Below are positions 16,742 through 26,550 of a DNA stretch of 56,965 nucleotides, in pieces (the first letter of the stretch is position 1; each line of letters begins with the position of its first letter). The notes beneath the pieces are model-generated. The model did no database searches. It was not told where the DNA came from and saw only the letters and a program-made list of their open reading frames with translations. The stretch lies in IMG/VR virus record IMGVR_UViG_3300009506_000101, positions 1 to 56,965 of that record, one strand, 5' to 3'. Position numbers and translations under genes: made by a program. The DNA comes from a virus (Duplodnaviria; Caudoviricetes).

Positions 16742-17695
16742 CTAGAGCTCGATGTCATCGATTGGTGTGACGCCCAACAGTCCGACCCCTATTTCGAACG
16801 GCCCAACGTGTCCAGCCGTTGTCTCAGGCATGACCGTCCATGTCGAGACTCCGCGTAGCGCTCCACGTAGGAACTCGTGTACCTTGGCTACCAGCGTGGC
16901 ATCAGCGAAGGCGTCATCTGATAGAACGACCATGTTCCATCGCTTGTCAGAGATCCATCGGGGCCAGGTACCACTGCGAACGTAGAAACCGGCGCCATGC
17001 GCCTTGGCAAACGTGACCTGTACGGACGTGTAGGACCCGACAATCGTGGCGGCCTCGACCTCAAGCGTCTCCTCGAGACCGAGTCGCCCGATTTCGAAGA
17101 CGAGCAGCTCCCCGACTCTGATGTCGCTCTGGTCGCCCGCGACGTAGTGGAGCAGCATGTTCTGGGTCCCGAGCAGCGAGACGCCGTGCACCATGGTGAA
17201 TAGCTTGACCGTGCTGCCAGCAGGCCTGAACACGTTGTGTCCAGGCAGCGCCGCTGGATCGGTCGGATACGGACTGGCCTCCGTCGTGTCAAGCACGCGG
17301 TAGGCAACGAACCCGCTCTCCCCCACGATATTGGTCACGCCGTCTACGACAGCCTGTCGACGAGCCCCGAACGCCAGGTATTGCTTGTCCGCCAGAGCCT
17401 GTCGACGTGCAGCCAGCGTGGCGTTCGGCGCCGGAACGATTCCGTAGTCTCTCTCGAGATCTGGCAGGAGCTCGCTGGCCTTGAGCGGATTCCGGTGGTT
17501 CCCGACGCGGTCCAGTGTTGCCTGAGCGGCCGCCACCTCACGCGCAATCGCGTACATCTCGGCCGCGAATGCGCCGTCGGTCGCGTAGGCCTCGCTCGCG
17601 CCCTCCATCAGGGAGTCATAGATCTTGCGGACGCGGGTCTCGCGGCTCGAGAACGCGATCGCGCCGTACGGGCTGAAGGCGGACGGGAGCGGCAT
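16742..17695 (-). CDS. baseplate protein, Mu gp48/YmfQ (DUF2313)-like
   Basis: PLKASELLPDLERDYGIVP..TLAARRQAL. Confidence 0.8.
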   Translation of the reverse strand: MPLPSAFSPYGAIAFSSRETRVRKIYDSLMEGASEAYATDGAFAAEMYAIAREVAAAQATLDRVGNHRNPLKASELLPDLERDYGIVPAPNATLAARRQALADKQYLAFGARRQAVVDGVTNIVGESGFVAYRVLDTTEASPYPTDPAALPGHNVFRPAGSTVKLFTMVHGVSLLGTQNMLLHYVAGDQSDIRVGELLVFEIGRLGLEETLEVEAATIVGSYTSVQVTFAKAHGAGFYVRSGTWPRWISDKRWNMVVLSDDAFADATLVAKVHEFLRGALRGVSTWTVMPETTAGHVGPFEIGVGLLGVTPIDDIEL

Positions 17696-18199
17696 CTACT
17701 GGCCTTGCACCACAATCGTGAATGCTGCATCCGTCCCGACGGTCGCGGCCTTCGTCTTGACCCGGACGCCATTGCTGACCGGTATGGCCCGCATCTCGTC
17801 AATCGCGACGTCCTCATTGACGGTCAGGCTGTGGGGTGAGATCCCGTTGACGACCGGGAAGCTGTCGGCGGGCCACTCGATCGTGGTGTCGCCCGCCGCA
17901 TTGTCCGTCAGGCTGATGTCTCCAGAGTCAATGCCAGAGTTCACGTTCGTGATGCCGGCCACGTAGGGGGCGCCGGCCGCGAACGCGATCGACAACACCA
18001 TGGCGGGCGTCGTGCGGCCCTGAGCAGCCAGAGCCCACGACATCGCGTTGTGGTCCCGTGCATCTGGCATCAAGACCGGGTCGGGCGGCCTGGCCGGGTC
18101 GTTCTGCTTCGATGTCCCGCCCAGGTTTTCGGTGCTTGGGAGGTGCGGAACGACGGACGCGCCGTCGCCGAAATACGGGTCATACTCGACAGCCGCCAT
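17696..18199 (-). CDS. hypothetical baseplate-region protein
   Basis: Fills the gap between baseplate J and gp48-like genes. Confidence 0.7.
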   Translation of the reverse strand: MAAVEYDPYFGDGASVVPHLPSTENLGGTSKQNDPARPPDPVLMPDARDHNAMSWALAAQGRTTPAMVLSIAFAAGAPYVAGITNVNSGIDSGDISLTDNAAGDTTIEWPADSFPVVNGISPHSLTVNEDVAIDEMRAIPVSNGVRVKTKAATVGTDAAFTIVVQGQ

Positions 18200-18200
18200 G

Positions 18201-19691
18201 TCAGCTCCAGGGATAGAGGGCTAGGTCCGTCAGTCGCAGCAGGTAACTCGAGACCCCTTGGGTCCCGACCGTGGCCTGCGTGGGGTCCGTGTACTCGACG
18301 CGCGTATCAGCGACGCCGCTTACAAGAAGGCTGGTCTCCAGCCTATTCCCGACCTCGAGCGGCCAGGACGTGGCCTTCGGGGCAGGGTTGCGCATGCGGC
18401 GGACCCCGTCTCCCGGATCGCTCGAGACCTGCTGACCAGGCCCCATCGAGTCGACGTAGGTTCTGGCCGGCGACACGAGCAGCTGAAGCGACTCCGACCA
18501 CGGCATCACGAGCTGGCCCGCGACCGGTTGATACGTGTCGGTCGCGCCCTCGGCCGTGTCGAACGTCAGGGTCCAGGGCCCGACTCCAGCGATCGTCAAG
18601 ATCTTCTTGCGCGAGAATGTCTGGTGAGAAACATCGAATAGCGCCAGATTGGCCCCGACGGTCGGCTGCACCACGCCCGTGTAGTCAGCTCCGTCGCACT
18701 CCAGCACGGCCGATGCGTAGTGGGATGACGACTGGACCTGGACGGCGCCCGGGGTTCCTCCGATCGCGTAGTAGGCGGGCCACGGGATGGTATCGAGCCA
18801 TGGCGTCACGTTCGTGTCCCACTTGATGCGGGACTGGACGAGTAGCTCCTCGTCGAGAAGGCTCGACATGATGAGACCGTCGTCCCCCGGGAACTTGCCG
18901 CGGAGCCACTCCTCTACCGCCGCGACTTGAGCGGCGTTCGGGATGCGGGAGCCGCCGACGGTTGCGGGTCTAATCGTGAAGACGAGTCCGGTCGTGCCAG
19001 GCCCCAGGATGGCTGGGTAGGTGAAGACTTGCTCGACCCCTACGCCCGGCGTCGCCCGCGCCTGTCGCTGATACTCGGCATCGTTTCCGGAGTTCGACCG
19101 CTGCCGCCTGGCCTCGATGATGCGGGCCTCGTAGTCGTCGTCCGTCTCCTGATCGCGGCCGCCAGAGAGCCCGGAGCCGTCCGTCTGGGCCACGACGGTG
19201 GCGAGTGACTTCAGCCCTGGGCGATTGCCAGACCACCGAAGCACCGTCCCGGCATCTAGATTCGTTGTCGGACCGGTATCGCGAGCTTCGACCGGTACGT
19301 CATCGCCATCTGAGTACTTGAGCGAATTTGTGCATAGGTAGACGATCTGTGTTTCAGGATCTGTCAGCTCGTCGCCTTCGAAGATCCAGGCACCGGACGA
19401 ACCGGCCGCGATCTCGACGAACCCACTCGAGCCCTTGGCATCGAGCCGCGGCACGCCCTCGATCGCCCCAACGTCGTCGAGCTCCTGTCCGCGGCGCCCG
19501 CTGAGCAGCAGTCCGCGGCCCAGGTTTTTGGCGTTCGCGTAGGTCGGCATCAGGGCATCGGCGCAGCACCTGGCCGTGATGTCGGGCTGCATGCCGTCGC
19601 GCGTATCGGCGTCGGGCAGCCGGAGCTTGTAGGATCGCTTGTAGCCGGCGATCACCTCGTCTCTGGTTTTGACCACGATTTCAGTCGCCAT
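18201..19691 (-). CDS. baseplate J / Mu gp47-like wedge protein
   Basis: LDDVGAIEGVPR, VEARDTGPTTN, LSGGRDQETDDDYEARI, GNDAEY, PGVG. Confidence 0.92.
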   Translation of the reverse strand: MATEIVVKTRDEVIAGYKRSYKLRLPDADTRDGMQPDITARCCADALMPTYANAKNLGRGLLLSGRRGQELDDVGAIEGVPRLDAKGSSGFVEIAAGSSGAWIFEGDELTDPETQIVYLCTNSLKYSDGDDVPVEARDTGPTTNLDAGTVLRWSGNRPGLKSLATVVAQTDGSGLSGGRDQETDDDYEARIIEARRQRSNSGNDAEYQRQARATPGVGVEQVFTYPAILGPGTTGLVFTIRPATVGGSRIPNAAQVAAVEEWLRGKFPGDDGLIMSSLLDEELLVQSRIKWDTNVTPWLDTIPWPAYYAIGGTPGAVQVQSSSHYASAVLECDGADYTGVVQPTVGANLALFDVSHQTFSRKKILTIAGVGPWTLTFDTAEGATDTYQPVAGQLVMPWSESLQLLVSPARTYVDSMGPGQQVSSDPGDGVRRMRNPAPKATSWPLEVGNRLETSLLVSGVADTRVEYTDPTQATVGTQGVSSYLLRLTDLALYPWS

Positions 19692-20145
19692 AGTCGACCC
19701 TCACGGGGTCCGGGGTGCGCCCGGTGCGGTTGTTCGTGTAGGTGTAGGCCACATGGATGGCCCCGAGGTACGTGACTTCCCACTCGATCTTGAGCGTCGT
19801 GACGGACTTGTCGGCGAGGAATACGCTCAGCGGATAAGCGTCGTTGACGCGTGCCGTGACCTGCTGCTCGATGCGACTCGAGTCCCGTCGGTCCAGTTCG
19901 TGGATCGTGTTGCCGACGGCGGGAGCGGACCGGATGGAGCCGCGCTTGACGGACAGCGCCAGCGCCACGCCCTGGTCGATCGGGTGCAGGGCCCGGAAGT
20001 TGCCGGACGAGTCCCGTGGGAAGTCCCGGGTCGCGCCATCGAACTCGGCGGCGGCGGGCGCCCGGGCAGGGGCGCGCGGGTCGCTCGAGACTACCGGATC
20101 GAACCCGCACGGTCCCTCGCCACATTCATAGTCGCCAAGTGCCAT
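19681..20145 (-). CDS. baseplate wedge / sheath initiator (gp25/Mu gp46-like)
   Basis: DQGVALALSVKRGSIRSAPAVG; position before baseplate J. Confidence 0.75.
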   Translation of the reverse strand: MALGDYECGEGPCGFDPVVSSDPRAPARAPAAAEFDGATRDFPRDSSGNFRALHPIDQGVALALSVKRGSIRSAPAVGNTIHELDRRDSSRIEQQVTARVNDAYPLSVFLADKSVTTLKIEWEVTYLGAIHVAYTYTNNRTGRTPDPVRVDYGD

Positions 20146-20468
20146 CAGTGCGTCGCGTCCAGGGGGCAGGGGAGGCCCGGAAGGTCCGGGAGGCTCGGGG
20201 GGAAGGCGGGGAGGCCCGGGATGGCCAGTCCGTAGACCAGGCTGGGCAGCCCTGGGAGTGCCGGGAGCACTGGCAGGTTGGGCAGGCTTGGCGGGAAGCT
20301 CGGAAGCCCAGGGAGCGCCAGCGAGAGGGCCAGGGACGGAACTCCTGGCAGGGGCGTGATGCCGGGGACGCCCGGGATGGCCGGGAGCGTAGGCAGGGCG
20401 GGTGGGAATGCAGGCAGCCCCGCCAGCGCCAGGACGAGCAGCAGGATGGCGAAGGCGCAGCGCGACAC
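20145..20468 (-). CDS. Pro/Leu-repeat protein with terminal Cys residues
   Basis: MSRC..(LPxL/LPG)n..PCPLD; between spike and gp46-like genes. Confidence 0.65.
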   Translation of the reverse strand: MSRCAFAILLLVLALAGLPAFPPALPTLPAIPGVPGITPLPGVPSLALSLALPGLPSFPPSLPNLPVLPALPGLPSLVYGLAIPGLPAFPPSLPDLPGLPCPLDATH

Positions 20469-20469
20469 G

Positions 20470-21246
20470 TCACACGCCCTTCAGCAGGGTCGATTGCGTG
20501 GCCGTCAGGCTCGCTCCCGCCGCCGCGAACGCGGCCCCGAGTGTCGCGCCCGTCAGGGGCGTGGTTCCGGATGCCGAGATGACGGACGTCAGGGCCGACC
20601 ACCAGGCCGAGAACGCGACCGCCATCATGACGGGCAGCCCAGCGCCACCACCGGCGTTGAGGCCTCCGTAGACCGTCGTGTTGCCGTTGATCGTGATGCC
20701 GGCGTCGTTGAGCTCGATGTAGGCATCGCCCGCCGCGTTCTTCAGCACGAGCGATTTCTCTAGCATCGTGAGCGCGAGGCCCAGGGCCTGGACGAGCCCC
20801 ACGTAATCTTTGCCGTTCGAGTCCAGACCCATCGTGAATACGTGGGCCTTGCTGCCACCCGAATACGGCGTGTAGGCCGTCAGGGTCTCGGCGTCGGTGT
20901 CGAGCAGGAGGAACGCGCCTGCCGAATTGTATTGCCGGGAGCTGCCGAGTGAGAGCTGCGGGAGGTTCTGCGGGCCGCGCCCGTCGCCCAGCGCCATGAC
21001 GTGCCCCTCGGGGCCGTCGCGCCAGTAGAACGCCTGGCTGCCCTCGAGCGAGTCCGCGCGATCCAGCGGGCGACCCTCGAAGCCGTAGGGGTGCAGAGCC
21101 TCGAACGGATCCATGCCGGACTCGTTCTCGCCGAAGGCGTCCACCTGGATGCCGATGAACCCGTCGTCATCGTACTCGCTCACGACGCACATCCCGAGGT
21201 GCAGGATGGTGGGCTCGCCGACCGTTGCTCTGCTGCGTCGTGGCAT
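20470..21246 (-). CDS. baseplate spike (Mu gp45-like)
   Basis: LHPYGFEGRP, DGR..P.LSLGSSRQYNSAG, IELNDAGITINGN. Confidence 0.85.
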   Translation of the reverse strand: MPRRSRATVGEPTILHLGMCVVSEYDDDGFIGIQVDAFGENESGMDPFEALHPYGFEGRPLDRADSLEGSQAFYWRDGPEGHVMALGDGRGPQNLPQLSLGSSRQYNSAGAFLLLDTDAETLTAYTPYSGGSKAHVFTMGLDSNGKDYVGLVQALGLALTMLEKSLVLKNAAGDAYIELNDAGITINGNTTVYGGLNAGGGAGLPVMMAVAFSAWWSALTSVISASGTTPLTGATLGAAFAAAGASLTATQSTLLKGV

Positions 21247-22448
21247 TACTGATCGGCTCCGAAGATGAGTCCGTCCCGGCGCATCAGCTTGACCTTCGTT
21301 CTGGTTCCCTGGTCGTTGCGCGAGAATGTGACGTCGCTCACGTAATAGAGGCCTTCGATCTTGAGCTCCTGGTCCACGACCTGACAGACCGTGTCGGGAG
21401 CCCAGATGGCCCAGGCGCCGCGGTCGAAGAGCGAAGGCATCAGGTGACCAGCCAGCACGTATTCGAGACGCCACCCGCTCCGGATCTGAAGCGCGCCCTC
21501 GCGTCTTGCCTCGAGCTCCGCTTCCTTGTCGGACTTGATGTCCTGGACGTGCATCACCTTCGTTTCGGACATGCCTAGCCCCGACATCTCGGGGTCGACC
21601 CACTCGCCACGGCACTTGACCCGGCCCTTGCGGCCTCCACCGCTCCGGCCATAGACAACGTACTTGGCGTATCGCTCGGTCGTGTCGTCGTCGAAAGTCG
21701 CGTCCTCGACGTTGACCTCGTTGCGGGTCTGGCCACGGCCGCGCGTGATGGAGTAGCCGGCTTTTTGGTCTCCGTTCGGCCGCGACAGCACCAGGTTTCC
21801 GTCGCCCGCTTCCCAGAGGAAGAGTCCCGCTTTCTTGTAGTGGGTCTGGAGGAAATCATACCGGCGCTCGCCCAGCGTCGACTTGATCTTGTTGTACACG
21901 ACCTTTCGCTGGCCGGACGTCGTGGTCTGCTCGATCTCGACCTCGTCGGACGGCGGAGGTGGGGGCGCGGTCTCGACCACCTTGTGGCCCGTCACGGCCT
22001 TGCGGTTCGCCGTGTTGTCGGCCTGGAGTGTCAAGTCCCCGATGCCAGCCTCCTCCATCATCTTGCGGGTCAGCTGGTAGTAGGTGGCCTCCGAGAACGC
22101 CTTCTCGGCCAGAAACGTGTCCTTGAACAGCGGCTTGATGTTGCCTCGGCCCCGGACGCTCACGCTGCCGCCGCCAGTTCCTGACTTGGCCCCGATGGCA
22201 TCTATCTTGCCAGTCATGAGGGGCACGCCCGCAATCCTGAGCTGGTAGGGCGTGCCCTTCGGAAACCGAGACAGCAGGTCCCCGACCGTGTCGCCCCACC
22301 CGAACTCGAGCGCGAAGGCACCGGGCTGGCTGAAGACTGACCGCGTGAACTCGTAGCTCTTGGCGTCCTGGATCTTGAACTCACCCGCCAGGATGAGCTC
22401 GACCGTGTCCTTGACGGACCCGATGGAGTCGTAGGTCGCGACGCTCAC
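21246..22448 (-). CDS. baseplate hub (Mu gpP/gp44-like)
   Basis: GAFALEFG, LRIAGVPLMTGKID, VSVRGR, LFLWEAGDGNLVLSRP, WAPDTVCQV. Confidence 0.9.
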   Translation of the reverse strand: MSVATYDSIGSVKDTVELILAGEFKIQDAKSYEFTRSVFSQPGAFALEFGWGDTVGDLLSRFPKGTPYQLRIAGVPLMTGKIDAIGAKSGTGGGSVSVRGRGNIKPLFKDTFLAEKAFSEATYYQLTRKMMEEAGIGDLTLQADNTANRKAVTGHKVVETAPPPPPSDEVEIEQTTTSGQRKVVYNKIKSTLGERRYDFLQTHYKKAGLFLWEAGDGNLVLSRPNGDQKAGYSITRGRGQTRNEVNVEDATFDDDTTERYAKYVVYGRSGGGRKGRVKCRGEWVDPEMSGLGMSETKVMHVQDIKSDKEAELEARREGALQIRSGWRLEYVLAGHLMPSLFDRGAWAIWAPDTVCQVVDQELKIEGLYYVSDVTFSRNDQGTRTKVKLMRRDGLIFGADQ

Positions 22449-23341
22449 GCGGCCTCGTAGTAGCGGATCGTAGTGCCGGCCGTGATGCGGTACGGGTCGT
22501 CAAGGGGATTGAGGTTCATGATGTCGACCGCATGAGTCGTGTCACCGTAGATCGCGGTCGAGACATCGGCCGCCGTCATCTCTCGCGGAACCGTGTACTC
22601 GCTGATAGTGGCATTGTTTTGGAATAGGTCGTTCCACAGGTTGAGGGTCGCTTCCCAGATCTGGTGGAGCGCCTCAAGCGCCGCCAGGTTGTCTGGCTCG
22701 TTGAAGTCCTGCCACCGCCGGTCCGCCTCCTCCAGGATATTGAGCAACGTCTGGACCTTGGCGTCCAGAAGCTGTCCGTAGAGGTCAGCGGTGTCGAGCA
22801 CGGCCCGGACAACGTTGACTGCCGCATCGATCGTATCAAAGATGCCTGGCTTAGGCTCAATCTTGTCGCCCTCGAGTTGGAGCTTGTTGTTCAGCTCCGA
22901 AATGCCGCGTACATCGCCCGTCAAGACTTTCTCGACCAGGAACTGGTCCGCCAGATCTTCCCGAAACTGGAGCGTCGTGACCTCGCCGTTCAGAAACCGA
23001 GCCGAGATCGTCCGGGTCCAGTTGGTGCAGTAGGCCTTGATTACGCCGATCGATGGAAGCTGTAGGTCCTCTGTAGTCTGGTTTTCGAACGACCGCTGGA
23101 GCTCATTGAGTTGCCGGGGCCAAAGGTAGAGGAGCTCGGGGTCGATGAGTCCGCTCGAGAACCTGGCCTGGATCTCGATCTCGTAGAGCTTGCGGCCTAG
23201 CTTCTCGGGGGCACCGCCGGCCGCATGCGGGAACTCGTGGACGGCATCCCGGACCCCACCCCGGACCGTGATGGACTCGTAGGGAATGCGGACGCCCGCG
23301 AACTTAAGCGGGTCCAAGTCGGTGATGAGGATTCCCGGCAT
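22445..23341 (-). CDS. DNA circularization N-terminal domain protein (Mu gpN-like) with LysM-like C-terminus
   Basis: FAGVRIP..GGVRDAVHEFPH..EKLGRK; YGD...IMNLNPLDDPYRITAGT. Confidence 0.9.
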   Translation of the reverse strand: MPGILITDLDPLKFAGVRIPYESITVRGGVRDAVHEFPHAAGGAPEKLGRKLYEIEIQARFSSGLIDPELLYLWPRQLNELQRSFENQTTEDLQLPSIGVIKAYCTNWTRTISARFLNGEVTTLQFREDLADQFLVEKVLTGDVRGISELNNKLQLEGDKIEPKPGIFDTIDAAVNVVRAVLDTADLYGQLLDAKVQTLLNILEEADRRWQDFNEPDNLAALEALHQIWEATLNLWNDLFQNNATISEYTVPREMTAADVSTAIYGDTTHAVDIMNLNPLDDPYRITAGTTIRYYEAA

Positions 23342-23343
23342 CG

Positions 23344-25818
23344 CTACTGCACATCCCGCGCGTCATTGTCGACGCCTGTCCCTCCGCCAGCCGGAGGCTT
23401 GAAGTCCTCGGGGTTCGTGATGCGAATTCCGGACGCCAGCTGCTGCTTGATGCCGTCGAGCTTGGCCGACAGATCCTTCCCGGTTCCAGCCTGCGCGCGC
23501 TCCTCCTTGGCGGCTGCGATTTCCCAGTTCTTCTGGGCAAGCTTGTCCATCACGTCCTCGGTGGACGCCGCGGTCTTGTTGACGTTGAAGTAGGGCGTGA
23601 CGCTGGAACTCAGCCCTTCTCCGACAGCCTTGTTTGCGGCCTCCATGCCCGCGACCTGCCCGGCTATCCGAAGCTGAGCAGCTGCGAGCCCTGGAGCTGC
23701 ACCGGGACCGAATGACGTCGCGCCCCAGAGCGGAGACGTCGCGCGATCTTCTATCTTGGATGCCGCTTTCATGAGCGGATCCCGCGCTTTGGAGCGTGCT
23801 TTTCCTACCGCGCTCTCCGGATCCTCGCCCTTCCCGAGATCTTGAGGAGTGATTCGGTGGAGTTCCTTCCAAAGCTTCGCTGCTTGCTCGGCCGCTTCCT
23901 TCAGCGAGTAGAGGGCGATCAGCACGATGGCGGTCTGGGCCGCCACCTTCGCGAGCCCGCCTGCGGCGAAACCTGCCTGGGAACCGACTGCCTCAAGGCT
24001 CTTGGTAGCAGGCCCAGAAGCTGTCACGATCGCGCCTGTCCCGCGGTAGATCGCGGCCTCGATGCTGGCCCGGAACGTCGACTCTATCGCGGCCCGGACG
24101 GTCGCGCCAGCGAGCGCAACAAAGATCGCGTCGAACGGGTTCTTTGCGGCCCAGGTGAACAGGTCTGCCAGGGCACCCGCCACCTTCATGGCCGGCTCTT
24201 CGAGCTGCTCAAGCGCCGGGATGGCCTTGCTGAGCATCCGCTCCGTCATCTCCTCGAGACGCGCATTGAATCGCTCGGCCTTCGAGGCCGTGCTGGCCAT
24301 CTGGATCGCCAGATCTTCATTCATCTGGCCAGTCGTGAGGGATCCGGTGTTGTGCTTGAACTCGGTCCGGATAGCGGCGATTCCTGCCTTACCGCCGCCC
24401 GCGCCCTGGAAGACGTTGAGGAACTCCTGAAGCGCCAGGAAGCTCCGCTTGTTCGGCAGCATCTCTTGCAGCTGCTGAACCTGCGTTTTCTCGATGACGC
24501 GGCCCGTCGCGCGGTCCTTGCCCTTGCGCGCGTCCTTCGTGGCCCACATCATCTCCTCGATGATCTTGTCGAGTCCCCGCATCTTGCCTGAGGCATCGAA
24601 GATGGAGCGCCCCGTCATCTTCTCGATCACGCCAGCGCGCTTCGGGAGGTCGAGTGCCAAGCTCTGGACATAGGTCGCGGCGGTCGCGGGGTTCTTGGCG
24701 GGACCACGCTCCGCTAGCTGCGTGGCGGTCGTGAGGAGCAGCAGATTGCGTCCCGCGTCCCCACCGAACTGCGCCGCGATGCCGGACAGCTTCGGGATCT
24801 GCTTCGCCATCTGCTCGATCGTGACGGAGCCGATCTTGCCCTGGTACACCACCCCCATCATGATGGAGCGGATGGTCTTGTAGGTCTTCTCGGTGTCGTT
24901 CGCATATTCCTTCTGGCTCGCGAGCGCGGAATCGATCTTGGCGGCCGTGTGCATGACCTCGGTGAAGTCTGCCGACTGCGACTTCGCGAGCTTGGCCATG
25001 TCTCCCATCAGGTCGCGCGCGCCCTGCAGGTTGCCCCGCATGTCGACGAATGACTTGAGGCCGCCCAGCACCTCGGTGCGGGCAATGCCGAAGTTCTTGG
25101 CTACGCCCAGAGACTCGCGCTTCAGGGTCTCGGGGTCGACGCGGGTTCCGGCCGCGCCCTTCTCGCCGGGCTGGTACGCCTGGATCGCGACCGACCGCGC
25201 GATCGTGTCGGACTCCCGGACGTTGCCCACCAGCCCCGCCAGGTTGGTCTCGACGCCAGCGCCCCGCAGGATGTCCATCCCGACCCGCTTGGCCGTCTGG
25301 GTGACGGGAGCATTCGGCCAAAAGAACCGACTCGCCCGGTGGGTCGTGCGGGTCGCGAAGCGGTCGAGCATGCGGGCATTGAAGCGGGCTTGCGCTCTGG
25401 CTGCTCGCTCGGCGTTGCGTGTCTCCTGGCGGGCCTGCTGGGTCCGCTTCCTGGCCTCCTGGGCCTTCGTCTGGGTGAGCTGGCGCTCTGCCTTCTCGGC
25501 TTCCCGGATGCGACGGAGATCCGAACGCGTTGCCTCGCGGTTTGCCTGATCGGCGTCCCGCGCCATCATGCGGTTGTGCCGGCGCTGCTCCGCCTCCATT
25601 TGGCGCAACGCGCGGGCCTGGGCTCTGGCCGCGTCTCGCGCCTGGCGGTCTAGCTGGTTCCCCGCCGGCGCCCTGCCGCCAGCCGCCATACCCTTTCCGA
25701 GCTCTCTGGCCACGGCCTGGCCGGCTCGCTGGGCTTTCTTTCGGACGGAGTCGAAGGCCGCATCTACGCTCGCGTCGAGGCTCGCGCCGATTCGGATGCG
25801 GATATGGGTTGCGGCCAT
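23344..25818 (-). CDS. tape measure protein
   Basis: 824 aa, Ala/Gly-rich helical; position before gpN-like gene. Confidence 0.9.
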   Translation of the reverse strand: MAATHIRIRIGASLDASVDAAFDSVRKKAQRAGQAVARELGKGMAAGGRAPAGNQLDRQARDAARAQARALRQMEAEQRRHNRMMARDADQANREATRSDLRRIREAEKAERQLTQTKAQEARKRTQQARQETRNAERAARAQARFNARMLDRFATRTTHRASRFFWPNAPVTQTAKRVGMDILRGAGVETNLAGLVGNVRESDTIARSVAIQAYQPGEKGAAGTRVDPETLKRESLGVAKNFGIARTEVLGGLKSFVDMRGNLQGARDLMGDMAKLAKSQSADFTEVMHTAAKIDSALASQKEYANDTEKTYKTIRSIMMGVVYQGKIGSVTIEQMAKQIPKLSGIAAQFGGDAGRNLLLLTTATQLAERGPAKNPATAATYVQSLALDLPKRAGVIEKMTGRSIFDASGKMRGLDKIIEEMMWATKDARKGKDRATGRVIEKTQVQQLQEMLPNKRSFLALQEFLNVFQGAGGGKAGIAAIRTEFKHNTGSLTTGQMNEDLAIQMASTASKAERFNARLEEMTERMLSKAIPALEQLEEPAMKVAGALADLFTWAAKNPFDAIFVALAGATVRAAIESTFRASIEAAIYRGTGAIVTASGPATKSLEAVGSQAGFAAGGLAKVAAQTAIVLIALYSLKEAAEQAAKLWKELHRITPQDLGKGEDPESAVGKARSKARDPLMKAASKIEDRATSPLWGATSFGPGAAPGLAAAQLRIAGQVAGMEAANKAVGEGLSSSVTPYFNVNKTAASTEDVMDKLAQKNWEIAAAKEERAQAGTGKDLSAKLDGIKQQLASGIRITNPEDFKPPAGGGTGVDNDARDVQ

Positions 25819-25951
25819 CTGGTTTCTGGGCTAGCTACTGGATTGTGCTGTCCGACAACGTCCGCGTTCCGTTCTCCGTTCCTGGTGGCCTACCCGGACC
25901 CTGCGGCAACGTTGGGACAGCACCCGGGTGGGCCACCCGGGATGGTGAGCG

Positions 25952-26494
25952 ATGGTCATCCTAGTCGCCACCGTAGGTCCGTGCGAATGCTCCGGACAGT
26001 GCGGCGCGCATGATGAACAATGCGACAATTTCGGTCATCGACTACGCCGCATCGAATTGAGGCATGGCCTGTGGTTGTGCAGACGATGCATCGCTGAATG
26101 GCGCGGAACTAAACGCGGGGTCAGGGCACACCCAAAGCCAGAATGGTATCTGCTCGGGTTGGGACCGCAGTGGGATCCATATTCTCCGGTCGCGGCATTT
26201 CGAGGATTTGTGACCGGTCCAGTCTATCGAGTGACTTGGAAACAGCCCAGTTCGCGAAGAACCAGGGACTTCGCGTTGCTAATCGATGCGCTTGACTTTG
26301 CTGCTGCCCTCGACGTCGCGTCTGAACCGTTTTGCGGTCCAGCGAGCCGCCGAGGACGTTGGTCGGCATGCCATGCGTGCGGGGCAGTGCTCAGACGCAT
26401 ACCGTCAAACGTATGGTCTTGTGTTTGCGTAGAGGGTCAGATGCTCGGCCGTCATCGACAATCCGATGGTCGATGGGTGCCGGATGATGGCTAG
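25952..26494 (+). CDS. Cys-rich (Zn-binding) hypothetical protein, antisense moron
   Basis: CECSGQCGAH, LCRRC, CHAC..CVC; visibly lower GC than flanks. Confidence 0.5.
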   Translation: MVILVATVGPCECSGQCGAHDEQCDNFGHRLRRIELRHGLWLCRRCIAEWRGTKRGVRAHPKPEWYLLGLGPQWDPYSPVAAFRGFVTGPVYRVTWKQPSSRRTRDFALLIDALDFAAALDVASEPFCGPASRRGRWSACHACGAVLRRIPSNVWSCVCVEGQMLGRHRQSDGRWVPDDG

Positions 26495-26550
26495 TGCGAC
26501 CGCGGAACTGCTGGCGTACCGCAGGAAGCGCGCTCAGGAAGTCGTCGAGC

